Shown here one piece after another: positions 43,136 to 54,030 of a stretch of DNA of 64,000 nucleotides. Both the position numbers and the translations under genes were made by a program. Numbering within the stretch: position 1 is the stretch's first letter; each line of letters starts with the position of its first letter. A model generated the notes under the pieces. It made no database searches and was not told where the DNA came from. It worked only from the letters and a program-made list of their open reading frames with translations. The DNA comes from Naegleria gruberi (lineage: Eukaryota), in assembly GCA_000004985.1 (NCBI GenBank), contig GG738872.1; one strand, 5' to 3'.

Positions 43136-43992
43136 TTCAATTTACCAGCATATTTCAATGCAATGGCTATTATCAATCCACTACTAAGCAAAAAGAATAA
43201 ACCAAAGGTAATAACCCAAAAGAAAATCCATGCAATTCTCTTGAATTTTTCATTTTGTGATCTAAGTATAATCACGAGAGGAGCAGCCACCATGAGAGGT
43301 GGACAAATAATCCCTATACAAAAGGCTCCAATCCATAACCAAATCATATTCAGGTTTTTAGCTCTCTCATCAAAGCAATGGTGACAGATCATTGGATTTG
43401 AGGTTGCCATTTTGCTCATTGAGCACAATTCACAAACATCATTTTTGCATTTTTCACAAATCCAGGAAGCATCCATTTCTTGATGATATGTACATTTCTT
43501 TGGAGGTTGTGTTTCTGTTTTTCCTGTACTGTTTTTCAAGATACTTTTCACTTCGACAACACTACCTGCACTTTTCATGGAATCAATAGAACATAATCGA
43601 TCTAAAGAAACATCCTGTTGTTTGTACGGCTTATTCGAAACAACACTCTCATAATTCTTTTTATCTGAGGAAAGTGTTTCTATTTCCATATGAAAACCCT
43701 CATCATTTAAACTATCGTGTGACAATAACTTGGTTTTCAATTGTTTCTTTCCCATCTTTGTCAACTGTTTATCAGATAATGTATTCGGACTATTTACAAT
43801 ATTGCCTTCAAAATCAATTTTATGGGCTTCCAACTCTATTGGTGTTTTTACATTGATTTGAACTGTAAGATTGGGTTTGTGATGATGATGAAATCCGAGA
43901 GATCCATCACTCGGTGTATAGGGTGAGGCATCACTTGTATCCTTGGTTGGGGATCCTTGACCTGCAAGATTTGATAATTTGTTTGTTGACAT
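43132..43992 (-). CDS. Membrane protein with a Cys/His-rich zinc-finger-like segment followed by two C-terminal TM helices.
   Basis: The first ATG is at 43992 (track start is TTG). CTYHQEMDASWICEKCKNDVCELCSMSKMATSNPMICHHCFDERAK, then hydrophobic IWLWIGAFCIGIICPPLMVAAPLVIIL and IAWIFFWVITFGLFFLLSSGLIIAIAL. It overlaps the Spartan stop by 4 bp on the opposite strand. Confidence 0.4.
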   Translation of the reverse strand: MSTNKLSNLAGQGSPTKDTSDASPYTPSDGSLGFHHHHKPNLTVQINVKTPIELEAHKIDFEGNIVNSPNTLSDKQLTKMGKKQLKTKLLSHDSLNDEGFHMEIETLSSDKKNYESVVSNKPYKQQDVSLDRLCSIDSMKSAGSVVEVKSILKNSTGKTETQPPKKCTYHQEMDASWICEKCKNDVCELCSMSKMATSNPMICHHCFDERAKNLNMIWLWIGAFCIGIICPPLMVAAPLVIILRSQNEKFKRIAWIFFWVITFGLFFLLSSGLIIAIALKYAGKLN

Positions 43993-44210
43993 TTTTTTTA
44001 CTAATTTAATACTGTTGTGTTGTGGTGATTGTTCCAAAAAAGTAACTATTCTCTCTACATGAAGTTTTAATAATTTTTAACTATTTTCAATTGTGTGTCA
44101 AATTATTTACAATAAATTATTGACAAGACTTTTCTGTGCTTCAAGTTTACAAAGACTTTTATGTGTGCTTTACAAGATTCGAACATGTTCTTCCACCTCC
44201 ACTAAATAAA

Positions 44211-45167
44211 TTAATTTTTGGTTACAATTTCACTAAGGGAAACAATATCATATCCTCTCCATTTAAGGAATGGAACCAAATAGTTTAACAATTTGGCAGT
44301 CCAAGGTCTATCATGTAAAATTACAATAGCTTGATCATCATTCGTTGCAAAATATCCAAACGAAATGAATTTCAAAATATCATATAAATATGAAACCATT
44401 ACAATATTCACAAAATTCAACCACCAAACAGGTATTTGTGGATCGAATGAATAAATATTTCCCAAAACTATTCTATAGCCAAGTTGATCAACCAACTCTA
44501 TCATTTCATTAGTGAAAAATCCATGACCAGGTCTGTAAAATTTAGTCAGGACACTTTCTAGAGGTGTAACCCTCTTTGCATTCACTCTAGTCAACAACAA
44601 ATCATTCAATGTCGTTTCATTCTGCACAATTTCCTCTCTCAATTTTTCCCTACTCAACGAAGCATGCCTGCTATTTGTCATTCCATGATTAGCCAACTCA
44701 ATTAATCCATCATCAATCCACTCCACAAATTTACTGGTCAATTCCTCATCATGTTTCAAATTTCGAGTTGCATAACTTCCAATCATCATCAATGTAGCAC
44801 AGCAATCACCCAACTTTTCCATCACTGAACAAATCTCAGCAATACTCGTCTCTAATTTCAAGCCTTGTTTTTTCAAAGGCTTTGGAAGTGAATATTTCCA
44901 AGGAACATCATCAATTGTAATGGCAATTCTCTTTCGTTGTTGCTGGTAATTCCTTCTCTCATCATCGGCATCACCCATATTATTATTATTATTATTATTG
45001 TTATTTAATTTAATATTATTATTATTATTATTTTGATCCGATGATGATCGTAAATTTCCATGGAAAATTACTTTACCCGATCGATCCAACACGGAGAGCA
45101 ATCGAGAGCCAAATAACCAAATTATGAGCAAGAGGAGAAAAAATAAAGTCAACACAAATGCAATCAT
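44211..45167 (-). CDS. NodB-homology polysaccharide (chitin) deacetylase-like protein with an N-terminal TM anchor and a poly-Asn linker.
   Basis: NodB motifs: ITIDDVP (TFDDGP-like), HGMTNSRH (HxxxxH) and IVILHDRPWTAKLLNYLVPFLKWRGYDIVSLSEI. N-terminal TM MIAFVLTLFFLLLLIIWLFG. Poly-N tract NNNNNNIKLNNNNNNNNN, encoded by (aat)n at about 44980-45060. Confidence 0.6.
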   Translation of the reverse strand: MIAFVLTLFFLLLLIIWLFGSRLLSVLDRSGKVIFHGNLRSSSDQNNNNNNIKLNNNNNNNNNMGDADDERRNYQQQRKRIAITIDDVPWKYSLPKPLKKQGLKLETSIAEICSVMEKLGDCCATLMMIGSYATRNLKHDEELTSKFVEWIDDGLIELANHGMTNSRHASLSREKLREEIVQNETTLNDLLLTRVNAKRVTPLESVLTKFYRPGHGFFTNEMIELVDQLGYRIVLGNIYSFDPQIPVWWLNFVNIVMVSYLYDILKFISFGYFATNDDQAIVILHDRPWTAKLLNYLVPFLKWRGYDIVSLSEIVTKN

Positions 45168-45940
45168 TTTTTTAAATATTTAAATTATTAATAGTTTATG
45201 TTACGGTATTGAACTTGGAAGTTTAGTATCGAATATTGTAAAAATCTTGTAAAGGACTTCTATACTCTCACATGCAAAAACAATTATTTCCAATCGCAAC
45301 AAAATATTAGATGATTAAGAAAATGCCTCAACCACAATTCATTAGAAATTCAAGAAGACCCCAACGAATCCATACCTTTTCTTTTGGAAATTTGACCTGA
45401 TCACATTGGCGTACTGATTTTCAACTTGTTGTAATATTGAAACGTGGAAGCCTAGTAGTTCAAAGAACCAATCGCTTAATTTATGATGATATGGATTTTT
45501 AAAGAATGACTTTCAATACTGTATTGTATAATCAATAGTAACAATAGTAAGCGCAACGATTATTAACGAACATTTAAAGCTGCAGGATTAGCAGAGGAAT
45601 ACCCCTCACAGTTGGAAGAGAACATTTCAATTTTAACAAACTCCCCTGTTGAATATTAATATCATAAATTAACATAAAGTTGTTATAACAAACAAGTCAT
45701 TAATTCAGTATTTTTTCATTGGATTGAAACAAAATTGAGTGGATAGCCAACAGTGTTCTTCTTGGAGTTCTGTTTTTATTCGAAAGATCAATTGTATCCA
45801 CAAATTTTCATCTCGATTTTTTAATCATTATCGACAATTGAAAATTCTTCAAATATTGAAACTTCTCTCACAATAATTATTACTTCTCAATGTTGAGCCT
45901 TTCACTAAATTCCTTATTCGGAGTTACGCGATCGGAGTAA

Positions 45941-47906
45941 ATGTTGAAATTTAAAAAAAAAATGTCAACACCCTCACGATACGGCACCTCTGTTCAATCA
46001 TCAGATGAAGGTGGCCTCTCAGCAACCATTGATTCCTATCATGCCGATGATAGAATCAGTGTAGAAAGTGCTCCGAAGAGACAAAGCCACGAAAACAAAT
46101 CGAATAATCAGGCGCACACCTATGGATCATTTGTTGCGTATTGTTTTTGCGTGAATTATATTCTTGGAGTAGGAGTGTTGGGTAAGAATTTAAATAATTT
46201 AAAAAATTAATTTGCGAAAAATTGTTCCGTACGAAAACATTTTATTTTTGATTTTTTAAATGAAAAATTCGTGATGATGATTTTTTGTGGATTTTTTGTG
46301 GTTGAATGATGAATTTGATGATTTTTCATTGGATTTGCTGTTATTTGTGATATTTTGTGGATATTAATAGGTGTTCCTAATGGTTTTCAAAAGGGAGGAA
46401 CTATTATTGGACCAGTTTTCTTATTGATTGTGACGATATTTGCTGCATTGGTGTTGAATTGGATATTGGAAACTCTGTGTAGAGCAACACCTTTCTTTAA
46501 GGAACAAGAAGAAGAATCGAAACATCTTCAAGATGAGGACGTTTTGAGATTGGATGCCAGTAATAATTTAATTGAAATTGGTGAGGAGAAGGATTTGTTT
46601 CATTTTCCTGAACGTCGTTATGAAATGAATGAATTGTGTAGATTGTTTTTGGGAAGATTTGGCAAAATTATTTATGATATTGCATTGTGCTTTTACTTGT
46701 ATGGATCATTGTGGAGTTATTCAACTGTTTTTGCTGAAAGTATGGCTTCACACGTTCCATTGCCAATTAATGGATGGTACACTTGTAATGTGAATTCGGA
46801 TAATTCAGTTTCATGTGATATTTTGTATAAGATTTATGTTGGTATTTATGCACTTGTTGTCATTCCAATGACATGTCTCAATTTGACTGAACAAAAACCG
46901 GTTCGTAAGTAGTTGAATTATTATTACACATCTTTACGAAACCATTGTAAACTGTGTGAAATATTATTATTATCACTATAGAAATTATCTTGACCATTTT
47001 CAGATATGTTGCTTTGGCTTTAATGATTGTTGTTTCATTCGTTTCAATTTTTGTTGATCCATACTCTAGATATCCATCTAATCCTCACACTGCCATGGAA
47101 AGACATCCACCCTATGTTTCTAAAACAAGTTTAGCATCAGGTGATGGATTATTTGTCTTACTTCCAATTTGCATTTATGCTCAAATTTTGCATCACTCAG
47201 TTCCAGGGTTGAGTGAACCTGTGAGAAATAAGAAACACTTGCCAGCAATTTTCACCTCAACATTTATTACAACCTACTTGTTTTATACCTTATTGGGTGT
47301 CACACTTGCTGTATATTATGGTGAAAATATTCAAGCTCCTTGCTCTCTCAATTTTGGATACTACAGAGGTGGTAAGCCATTTGGTATGAGCACACCAATT
47401 TGGGCTGAATTTATTATCTATCTCATTATTTTATTCCCTGCTATTGATGTCTTGTCTGCATTCCCATTGGTAAGTTATTAGGAATCAATCTCTTTGTGTG
47501 GAATTATTAACAATTTACAAAGAATGCCATCACATTAGGTAACAACATTCATGCTGCATTCTTTACAGGAACTAAATATTTAGCAAGCAGAAAGATTCAA
47601 GTTTTCTTCAGATTGGTGGCTGCCATTCCACCAATTATTGGAGCTTTATTTGTTTCTGATTTGGAATTTATTTTGAAATATGTTGGATTGTTTGGATTTT
47701 TGATTACCTTTGTCATTCCACCACTCTTGTTCCTTGTTTCCAAATATAAGGCAAATAAGAGATTCAACAAGAGCGAAACACCATACACTAGGAAATTCAT
47801 CAGTTCTCCAATTTTGGCTGTTATCTGTATTGCATTTGGAGCTATTGCTATTGTCTATTGTATTGTCGCAAACATTGTTTACAGCGTTTTGGATAAGAGT
47901 GAATAA
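45941..47906 (+). CDS. Amino-acid transporter of the Aa_trans/AVT/SLC36-38 family; join(45941..46181,46371..46904,46982..47469,47523..47906).
   Basis: Signature SFVAYCFCVNYILGVGVLG|GVPNGFQKGGTIIGPVFLLIVTIFAALVLNW; 10 or more TM helices. Introns: 189 nt (gtaaga..attaatag), 77 nt (gtaagt..cactatag) and 53 nt (gtaagt..tttacaaag), chosen by phase continuity. An alternative start is ATG 45962. Confidence 0.6.
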
Positions 47907-47935
47907 TTATATCTTTGAAATAAATTAATATGTTT

Positions 47936-49186
47936 TTAATAAATTCTATTCTTGGGACGAACAAAGGCCGTAGGGATAACACAAACAGCAGCTACCACTG
48001 AAATACTTCCAAAGACTCCCAAAATACCACCTGCAACATAGTAGGCTTCGTATCGTGTCGAGATTGGTTCAATAATGTTAACCAAATCCTCCTTCTTATT
48101 AGTATAACACAAAACAATATCTCCAACTTTCATTGGAAAATAAATTCCTGTTTCTTCCATATTATAAGGTAAAAATGTTGTCAATTCCAAAATTGTTCCA
48201 TTATTCTCTGTAACATTTTTCAAACTTGGAAATTTCACATCAAAATAACAATAAGTTCCTCTATCCAAATATTTTCCTCTTTCAGCACAATCATTACTAA
48301 TATCAACAAGAGTACAATTATGTTCCCATGTCAGTGCATTTGGGTCATTCTTAAATGTAGGATCAGAATTAATTTGTCCAAACAAATAGGCACAAACTCC
48401 CAATTGAATTGCTGCCAGAATTGAGCAAACGACAATAGTCGGAACTACAAATGACAAAATAAAGAGCCAATGAGGTGTATCTCCTTTCATTAATTTCGAA
48501 ACAGGTTCCTCTGTAGTAGCACCACCATTAACACCACCACCTGTCGATCCACTATTAATTGTTTGTTGTGATGATAAATTATTGATGGCTCTATTTTCTG
48601 GAAGAGGTGGTAAAATAACCTCAGTAAATCCCTTCTCATTGGTATCTTGTTTTTGGAGAGGAAGTGATGGTTTCACTCTATCAGTTTTAACTTTACCATC
48701 ATCCTCATCACTAGAAGAAACTTCATCATCATCGTCATTATCGTCATCATTGGCTTCATCTTGGAATCTAACACCTCCCTTCTTCTTCTTTCTCTTTAAC
48801 TTGTTTTTAATTTTACTCTTTAATCCGCCGTTATTATTATTATTCACCAAATCATTCAGTGTTGGTTCATGAAGTCCAATTAAATTAGAGTTTGATGCTG
48901 AATTAATTGTTGAAGATGAATATTCATCAATCAAAACTGGTTCATTTCTATTGTAATTATTATTGGTGGTGGTGATGTTATTAGAATATAGAGTTGATGA
49001 AGAAGAATATGGATTATTATTAACTCCTCCGAAAGAAGAAGAAGAACCTAATGAATTGTTGGTTGCAAATATCACATCATTCGTAGGACCTTGTTGCTGA
49101 GAATTTGTTACTCCTCCTCCACCATTTGTTGTAGATGATGAAACAAAAACATCATCCCAATCATTATCCCCTCCTCCATGATTCAT
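47936..49186 (-). CDS. Hypothetical membrane protein, 416 aa: N/S/T-rich, low-complexity N-terminal half, then two TM helices flanking a Cys-containing extracytosolic loop.
   Basis: ATG at 49186. Polybasic KIKNKLKRKKKKGG; acidic DDDNDDDDEVSSSDEDD. TM helices HWLFILSFVVPTIVVCSILAAIQLGVCAYLF and YYVAGGILGVFGSISVVAAVCVIP. No domain match. Confidence 0.4.
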   Translation of the reverse strand: MNHGGGDNDWDDVFVSSSTTNGGGGVTNSQQQGPTNDVIFATNNSLGSSSSFGGVNNNPYSSSSTLYSNNITTTNNNYNRNEPVLIDEYSSSTINSASNSNLIGLHEPTLNDLVNNNNNGGLKSKIKNKLKRKKKKGGVRFQDEANDDDNDDDDEVSSSDEDDGKVKTDRVKPSLPLQKQDTNEKGFTEVILPPLPENRAINNLSSQQTINSGSTGGGVNGGATTEEPVSKLMKGDTPHWLFILSFVVPTIVVCSILAAIQLGVCAYLFGQINSDPTFKNDPNALTWEHNCTLVDISNDCAERGKYLDRGTYCYFDVKFPSLKNVTENNGTILELTTFLPYNMEETGIYFPMKVGDIVLCYTNKKEDLVNIIEPISTRYEAYYVAGGILGVFGSISVVAAVCVIPTAFVRPKNRIY

Positions 49187-49342
49187 TTCCCAAAGGTTGT
49201 TGTTGTTTTATTTTTTTTGTGGGAATTTGGGTAGTGCAACATATTTGGATCTGTGGATAAAAGTGGAATTTCAAAAAAATTAAATTTCAATTAAAATTTA
49301 TCGTCAAAATAGAAGGTTGTTAGATTGAATATGAGAAAGAGA

Positions 49343-52300
49343 CTAATCCTTCTTTTGTTTGGAATCTGTAATTTGTGGTTTGCTATTGCTCACATTTCCG
49401 ACATAGATTTGAGCAAATGAGAAGAGGAGAAGGAGGATGATAATCATGGCATTTCCGATGGCAAATCTACTGATACTGTTACCAATTTCAAGCCAGCTGC
49501 CAACATCAGAGACAAGGAAGAAAAAGTTAATTGTCATAATGTCACTCAAAGCTAGAACAATTAAGAGAGCAGCAAAATGAGGAGTTCCAGTAACTTTGAG
49601 AATGATTACAAAAATCATGGTAACAGCAATGAGTGGTATGGCAAGCTTGAAAATCAAAATTGCTGCCATAGTAAATGGACTAAATACAGAAATGAATCTA
49701 TAAACTGAACTCAATTCAAAACTGGCAATTGTGGCCAAGTTACCTGTTCCAAAGAATCCAACATTGAATAGGAAAATAAAGAAGATGGCAGTACTGAATT
49801 CTGATTTAGAAAGCCACCCAGGTGTGAATGACTCATCCTTCTTTCTCTTCTTCTTCTCTTGTCTCATCCAGAAAAGGAATGCAACTAGAATACCAGCATA
49901 GAATAATACTTCATAATTAACACTCAATAATACCAATGGAGTTGCAAAACCAGACAAGATGCTCTGAGCTCTCACTTGATAGGCATTTGAAGACAAGAAA
50001 GGAAGCAATAGGGAAATTAGAGATAGACCCCAGGCAGCAATTTGATTAGGTAATGGAAGACCACTTCTATTAGCAATGGAAACATCAGTACTGACTGTCA
50101 CAGCACAAGCTAGAGCTATAACTGTGAGCTGTCCAAAGAAGAGAACATCTTGGAAGAAGGATTTCTCTCTTGGTGGCTTGATAACTCTCCAAGTGATTTG
50201 GCAGGCACAGAACATGAGTGTACCAATAATAACAAGTGAAATATCATTTCCATAATCAGCAGGTAGTAATGTAAACAAGCTCATAATGATGCATGTTGTG
50301 AGCCATCCAAATCTGTATGAGAAATTCATTTCCAAAATAGTTGGAGCCACTCCAAGAATAATAAAACAAACTGAGAAGATATCCCTAGAAAAGTATCCAC
50401 AAACCATAACTTCAAGGACAACAATAATAATGAAGAGAGATTGACCATCCTTTTGGAATGAAAAGTACTTGCAAAAGAATTGATAAATCAATCTTACATG
50501 ATTCAAAATGTAGGAGAAGAAGAATATTGGGAAGATGGTGTACATGTGGTAGTGATATGGATCATTCTGTAAGAAAATATAACTACTCAAACTAATCAAT
50601 GTAGTAATAGCAATAAAACCAATGATAAACAAGTTATTATCACCCTTGACCTCATGACCAAGTTTCGTGTAATGTCTCAAACAAAATACCATCAAGTAAA
50701 ACATCCATCCAACATATCCCAAAAATATGATCGACATTAATTGTGGCCAATCGTAGGTCATGTAATAATTGAGACCCTTAATACCAATATTTAACAATTC
50801 TTGAATATCGTTCATTGCACCAGCATAGTCCTCAGCCATAATTTTCTTTGTGATGGCATTTGATTTTGCGTCCAGTACCTCCTTTGACATGTATTCTCTG
50901 AAGAATAATAGAGTCTTCTCCTTTTTAGCAGCTTGCTTTTGCAATAATTGCGCAACAATTTGCTTGGCATTAATGTGAAAATTAATAGCTCTGAATTTCT
51001 CATCACCTGCCAAATATGAAAGAGGAAGAGAACCAACATTATTCATTGGGAATGGGATTCCCAAAACAGCACTCATCAATACAGACATGTCAGCTTGTTT
51101 GATATCCTTTCTGAATTTTGGATTGACCATCCATGATTGTTTTACATATTTTTCCTCTGCAGTAGAACTTGGGAAAGATCCATCAGAAATGATATTTCCT
51201 TGACCTTCATAGAATGGTCGAATACCTTTACCCCAACTTACAAGTGGTGTTCTTGTGCATTCTGGATTACCATCACCGTGAGCACCTTTAGAGGACATAC
51301 CATGATCTGCTGTAAAGATGAAAGCTGTTTCATTGTCACCAAAAAATTCATTAACCAATTTGTGAACTCGTTCAACTCCTTCATCCACATAACGAATACT
51401 GTCATAGTAGCCCTTTCCCATCTTATAGGCATGTCCACTTGTATCAATTCCGAGTAAATGTAAGAAAATAATTGTCTTGTCTTGTTTGAGTTTGTTCTTG
51501 ACAGATTCATCGTGAGTGATTAAATTTTCAAACTTATCAAAAACCCATCTATCCAAAGATGATTTGTCATGCATTACAAAGTCTTCCATCTCTGGGGGAT
51601 AATTAAAAGTATCAATATGTTCTCCTTTAAATAAATGTACAACATCTGGTGATCCTATTTGAAGAACATAATTAGTTTGATTGAATGCACTATCAAATTC
51701 TATTGGATTTTCCTTCCATCCTGTTGTCACTGCACTGACATCTTCATAAAATCCTGCAATCATGGCCACATGACAAGGTCTTGATTCTGTTGGCACTCTA
51801 GTGTGAGAAATTCCAAAACTTGCCACTGATTCCATTTTAGATCTCAAGAATGGAGCTGAAACCTCTAAATCATCATTGAGAGAACTTTGTGAATCCAAAC
51901 TTCCTTCATAAATACTATGAGGCACTGAAGCCACTTGTCTCTTCTTTTTCTGAATGAGAAATTGATACTTTTCAGAATCCCCAACCATCTTGTCTTTATC
52001 ACGAATAATCTCAAATAATTTATCAGCTCGTAAACCATCTCCGACAATGAAAATCAATCGTTTTGCAAACGGTGATGATTGTCCACTATTCAGAGTAGAT
52101 GAAGAATTATTAGCATACTGATCAAAACTATATTGATTCATTCCATGAACAATTGGTGATTTAAAATAAATATCAAATATACTCATCATGTAAGCACAAT
52201 GAAATATAATACCAACAATAATCACCAATAAATACTTGTTCCTCTCAAATGTAGTTGTTGTTGTTGCTTTAGAAGGATCATTGTTAGAAGATGAAGATTT

Positions 52301-52429
52301 CTCCGTCGTACTAAGAGTTGTATTCTTGTTATCATCATCAGCATCATGTTTGTCATTATAATTATTACTATTATTTACATCATCGTGCTGCTCCGCACCA
52401 TGTAGCTTATCATGTTGGTGGCTGATCAT
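49343..52429 (-). CDS. PIGN: GPI ethanolamine-phosphate transferase 1 (PIG-N/Mcd4), 1028 aa, single exon.
   Basis: Alkaline-phosphatase-like catalytic region FLHLLGIDTSGHAYKMGKGYYDSIRYVDEGVERV...FIFTADHGMSSKGAHGDG (metal-binding T/S, H, DHG motifs). A C-terminal half with 12 or more TM helices follows, as in the PIG-N/MCD4 family. Confidence 0.85.
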   Translation of the reverse strand: MISHQHDKLHGAEQHDDVNNSNNYNDKHDADDDNKNTTLSTTEKSSSSNNDPSKATTTTTFERNKYLLVIIVGIIFHCAYMMSIFDIYFKSPIVHGMNQYSFDQYANNSSSTLNSGQSSPFAKRLIFIVGDGLRADKLFEIIRDKDKMVGDSEKYQFLIQKKKRQVASVPHSIYEGSLDSQSSLNDDLEVSAPFLRSKMESVASFGISHTRVPTESRPCHVAMIAGFYEDVSAVTTGWKENPIEFDSAFNQTNYVLQIGSPDVVHLFKGEHIDTFNYPPEMEDFVMHDKSSLDRWVFDKFENLITHDESVKNKLKQDKTIIFLHLLGIDTSGHAYKMGKGYYDSIRYVDEGVERVHKLVNEFFGDNETAFIFTADHGMSSKGAHGDGNPECTRTPLVSWGKGIRPFYEGQGNIISDGSFPSSTAEEKYVKQSWMVNPKFRKDIKQADMSVLMSAVLGIPFPMNNVGSLPLSYLAGDEKFRAINFHINAKQIVAQLLQKQAAKKEKTLLFFREYMSKEVLDAKSNAITKKIMAEDYAGAMNDIQELLNIGIKGLNYYMTYDWPQLMSIIFLGYVGWMFYLMVFCLRHYTKLGHEVKGDNNLFIIGFIAITTLISLSSYIFLQNDPYHYHMYTIFPIFFFSYILNHVRLIYQFFCKYFSFQKDGQSLFIIIVVLEVMVCGYFSRDIFSVCFIILGVAPTILEMNFSYRFGWLTTCIIMSLFTLLPADYGNDISLVIIGTLMFCACQITWRVIKPPREKSFFQDVLFFGQLTVIALACAVTVSTDVSIANRSGLPLPNQIAAWGLSLISLLLPFLSSNAYQVRAQSILSGFATPLVLLSVNYEVLFYAGILVAFLFWMRQEKKKRKKDESFTPGWLSKSEFSTAIFFIFLFNVGFFGTGNLATIASFELSSVYRFISVFSPFTMAAILIFKLAIPLIAVTMIFVIILKVTGTPHFAALLIVLALSDIMTINFFFLVSDVGSWLEIGNSISRFAIGNAMIIILLLLFSFAQIYVGNVSNSKPQITDSKQKKD

Positions 52430-52848
52430 TTTTCTTTGTTGATGAACCAGTCCTACTTTGCTTTGATGAACACGTGTTTAAGTGACTGGATTTTTCTTTA
52501 ATGTGGCTTGCAATTTGAGGTGATTAGGAAAATTGCAAAACTCTATTATCTGTTCCTATAACAAAATCGGTCTACGAGCTTTTTGGATAGAATGTTGTAA
52601 GGAATGGCTCTCATTGTCAATTCAAATTTTGACACGTTGCTTGTATTGGAAAAGAAATCAACTGTGTAGATCCTTCTGGAGTACCTGCGCTTAACAAGTC
52701 GTAGTTGAGCAGCTTGCTTTTTGTCATGCAAACAGAAGAGGTATTAAATGAATTAATAACAATCTATTTGACAAGAAACAAGCAAGTGAACAAGACAAAT
52801 AGTTTGGACTATTGACAATGAGAGCCATTAATAATATTTGGTTTAAAT

Positions 52849-53817
52849 TCAATTTTGTTTCATTTTTAGAACCATGCCAGACAATCGAACAATCAGTTCC
52901 AATGTTGAGGAATTGGACTCTAATGTTGAGAAATAACTCACTTCTCCCATAACCTTATCCAACCCCTCTTGTAATTGATATCTATGCAATAATGAATTTG
53001 TACTTTTGAAGAATTTTTGAGAAGTACATTTAAGCTTATCCCAATTTACCTTGTCATCCAACTTTTTCAAGATTGAAAGCCATTCACCTTCATCTTCTTT
53101 CTCCAACAGTGAAAATAAACAAAACCAAGGATCTTTGATTAAGGAAGTCAACTTTTCATCCTTTGTTAAATGGTTATAATCTATTTTAGATAGCCCCAAT
53201 GTTCTTGTAGCACATAACGAATCCCAATATTGAACAAAATCCTCACAATCTTCCTTTTTTTTCAGTGCCTCATAGAAAGAGTGTTGAGTTTTCAATTCGA
53301 AAGAACCTGGAAAGTCTTCTTGAAAGATAACCATGTTAAATAAATGATGATCCACCTCAGCACTATTTTTAAATCCAACTCGAACACTAAATGTCTTGAA
53401 CGTGTATTGGGTCATACCACTCTTGACAGGGTGATTGTAAATGAATTCATAGTTCATAAAATCACTATCTGAGATAGGTGTGGCTTTGCCAAATCTTGTA
53501 ACGAGCGAGTCATAGGTTGAATCAGCAAAAACGAATTTAATTTCAAACCTTTCCATTTCATTCCTATCCAAATATTCTTTTATACAGCGATGAAAGACCA
53601 TCTGGCATTTCCAATTTTCTTTCTCTTTCTTTTTGTTGTTTTTCGAAACAATGACATGAGCTATAGCATGGGGTGTTTCTGTGTGTGTGATTTTAAGAGC
53701 CACAAGAGAAAGGAGCTGATTGGGAGCTGCCTCGGATTTAAAAGAAGAGGACTCTTGTTCAAGTGGTAACTTCGAGTAAGTGTGTTCAGTCTGGTTGATG
53801 GCACTCTTTTTTCGCAT
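52849..53817 (-). CDS. Hypothetical protein, 322 aa, no recognisable domain.
   Basis: ATG at 53817. The sequence is complex rather than low-complexity (FVFADSTYDSLVTRFGKATPISDSDFMNYEFIYNHPVKSGMTQYTFKTFSVRVGFKN...). Confidence 0.4.
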   Translation of the reverse strand: MRKKSAINQTEHTYSKLPLEQESSSFKSEAAPNQLLSLVALKITHTETPHAIAHVIVSKNNKKKEKENWKCQMVFHRCIKEYLDRNEMERFEIKFVFADSTYDSLVTRFGKATPISDSDFMNYEFIYNHPVKSGMTQYTFKTFSVRVGFKNSAEVDHHLFNMVIFQEDFPGSFELKTQHSFYEALKKKEDCEDFVQYWDSLCATRTLGLSKIDYNHLTKDEKLTSLIKDPWFCLFSLLEKEDEGEWLSILKKLDDKVNWDKLKCTSQKFFKSTNSLLHRYQLQEGLDKVMGEVSYFSTLESNSSTLELIVRLSGMVLKMKQN

Positions 53818-54030
53818 TTTTTTAACTTAATAATTGTGGACTCGTCTCTAATGAATCTTGATTTAAGGTCCATAAATTCTGTAACATTTCCGAAACTTTT
53901 GTTGAGAATGAACCAATTTCTACAAGCAAACTAAATCAAGCTTGAATTAGAGTATCACTCAATTCTCAACAATCAGACTTTTAGGTTAGAAACATACACA
54001 TGATGATCGTTTACACTTTCCATCACATAA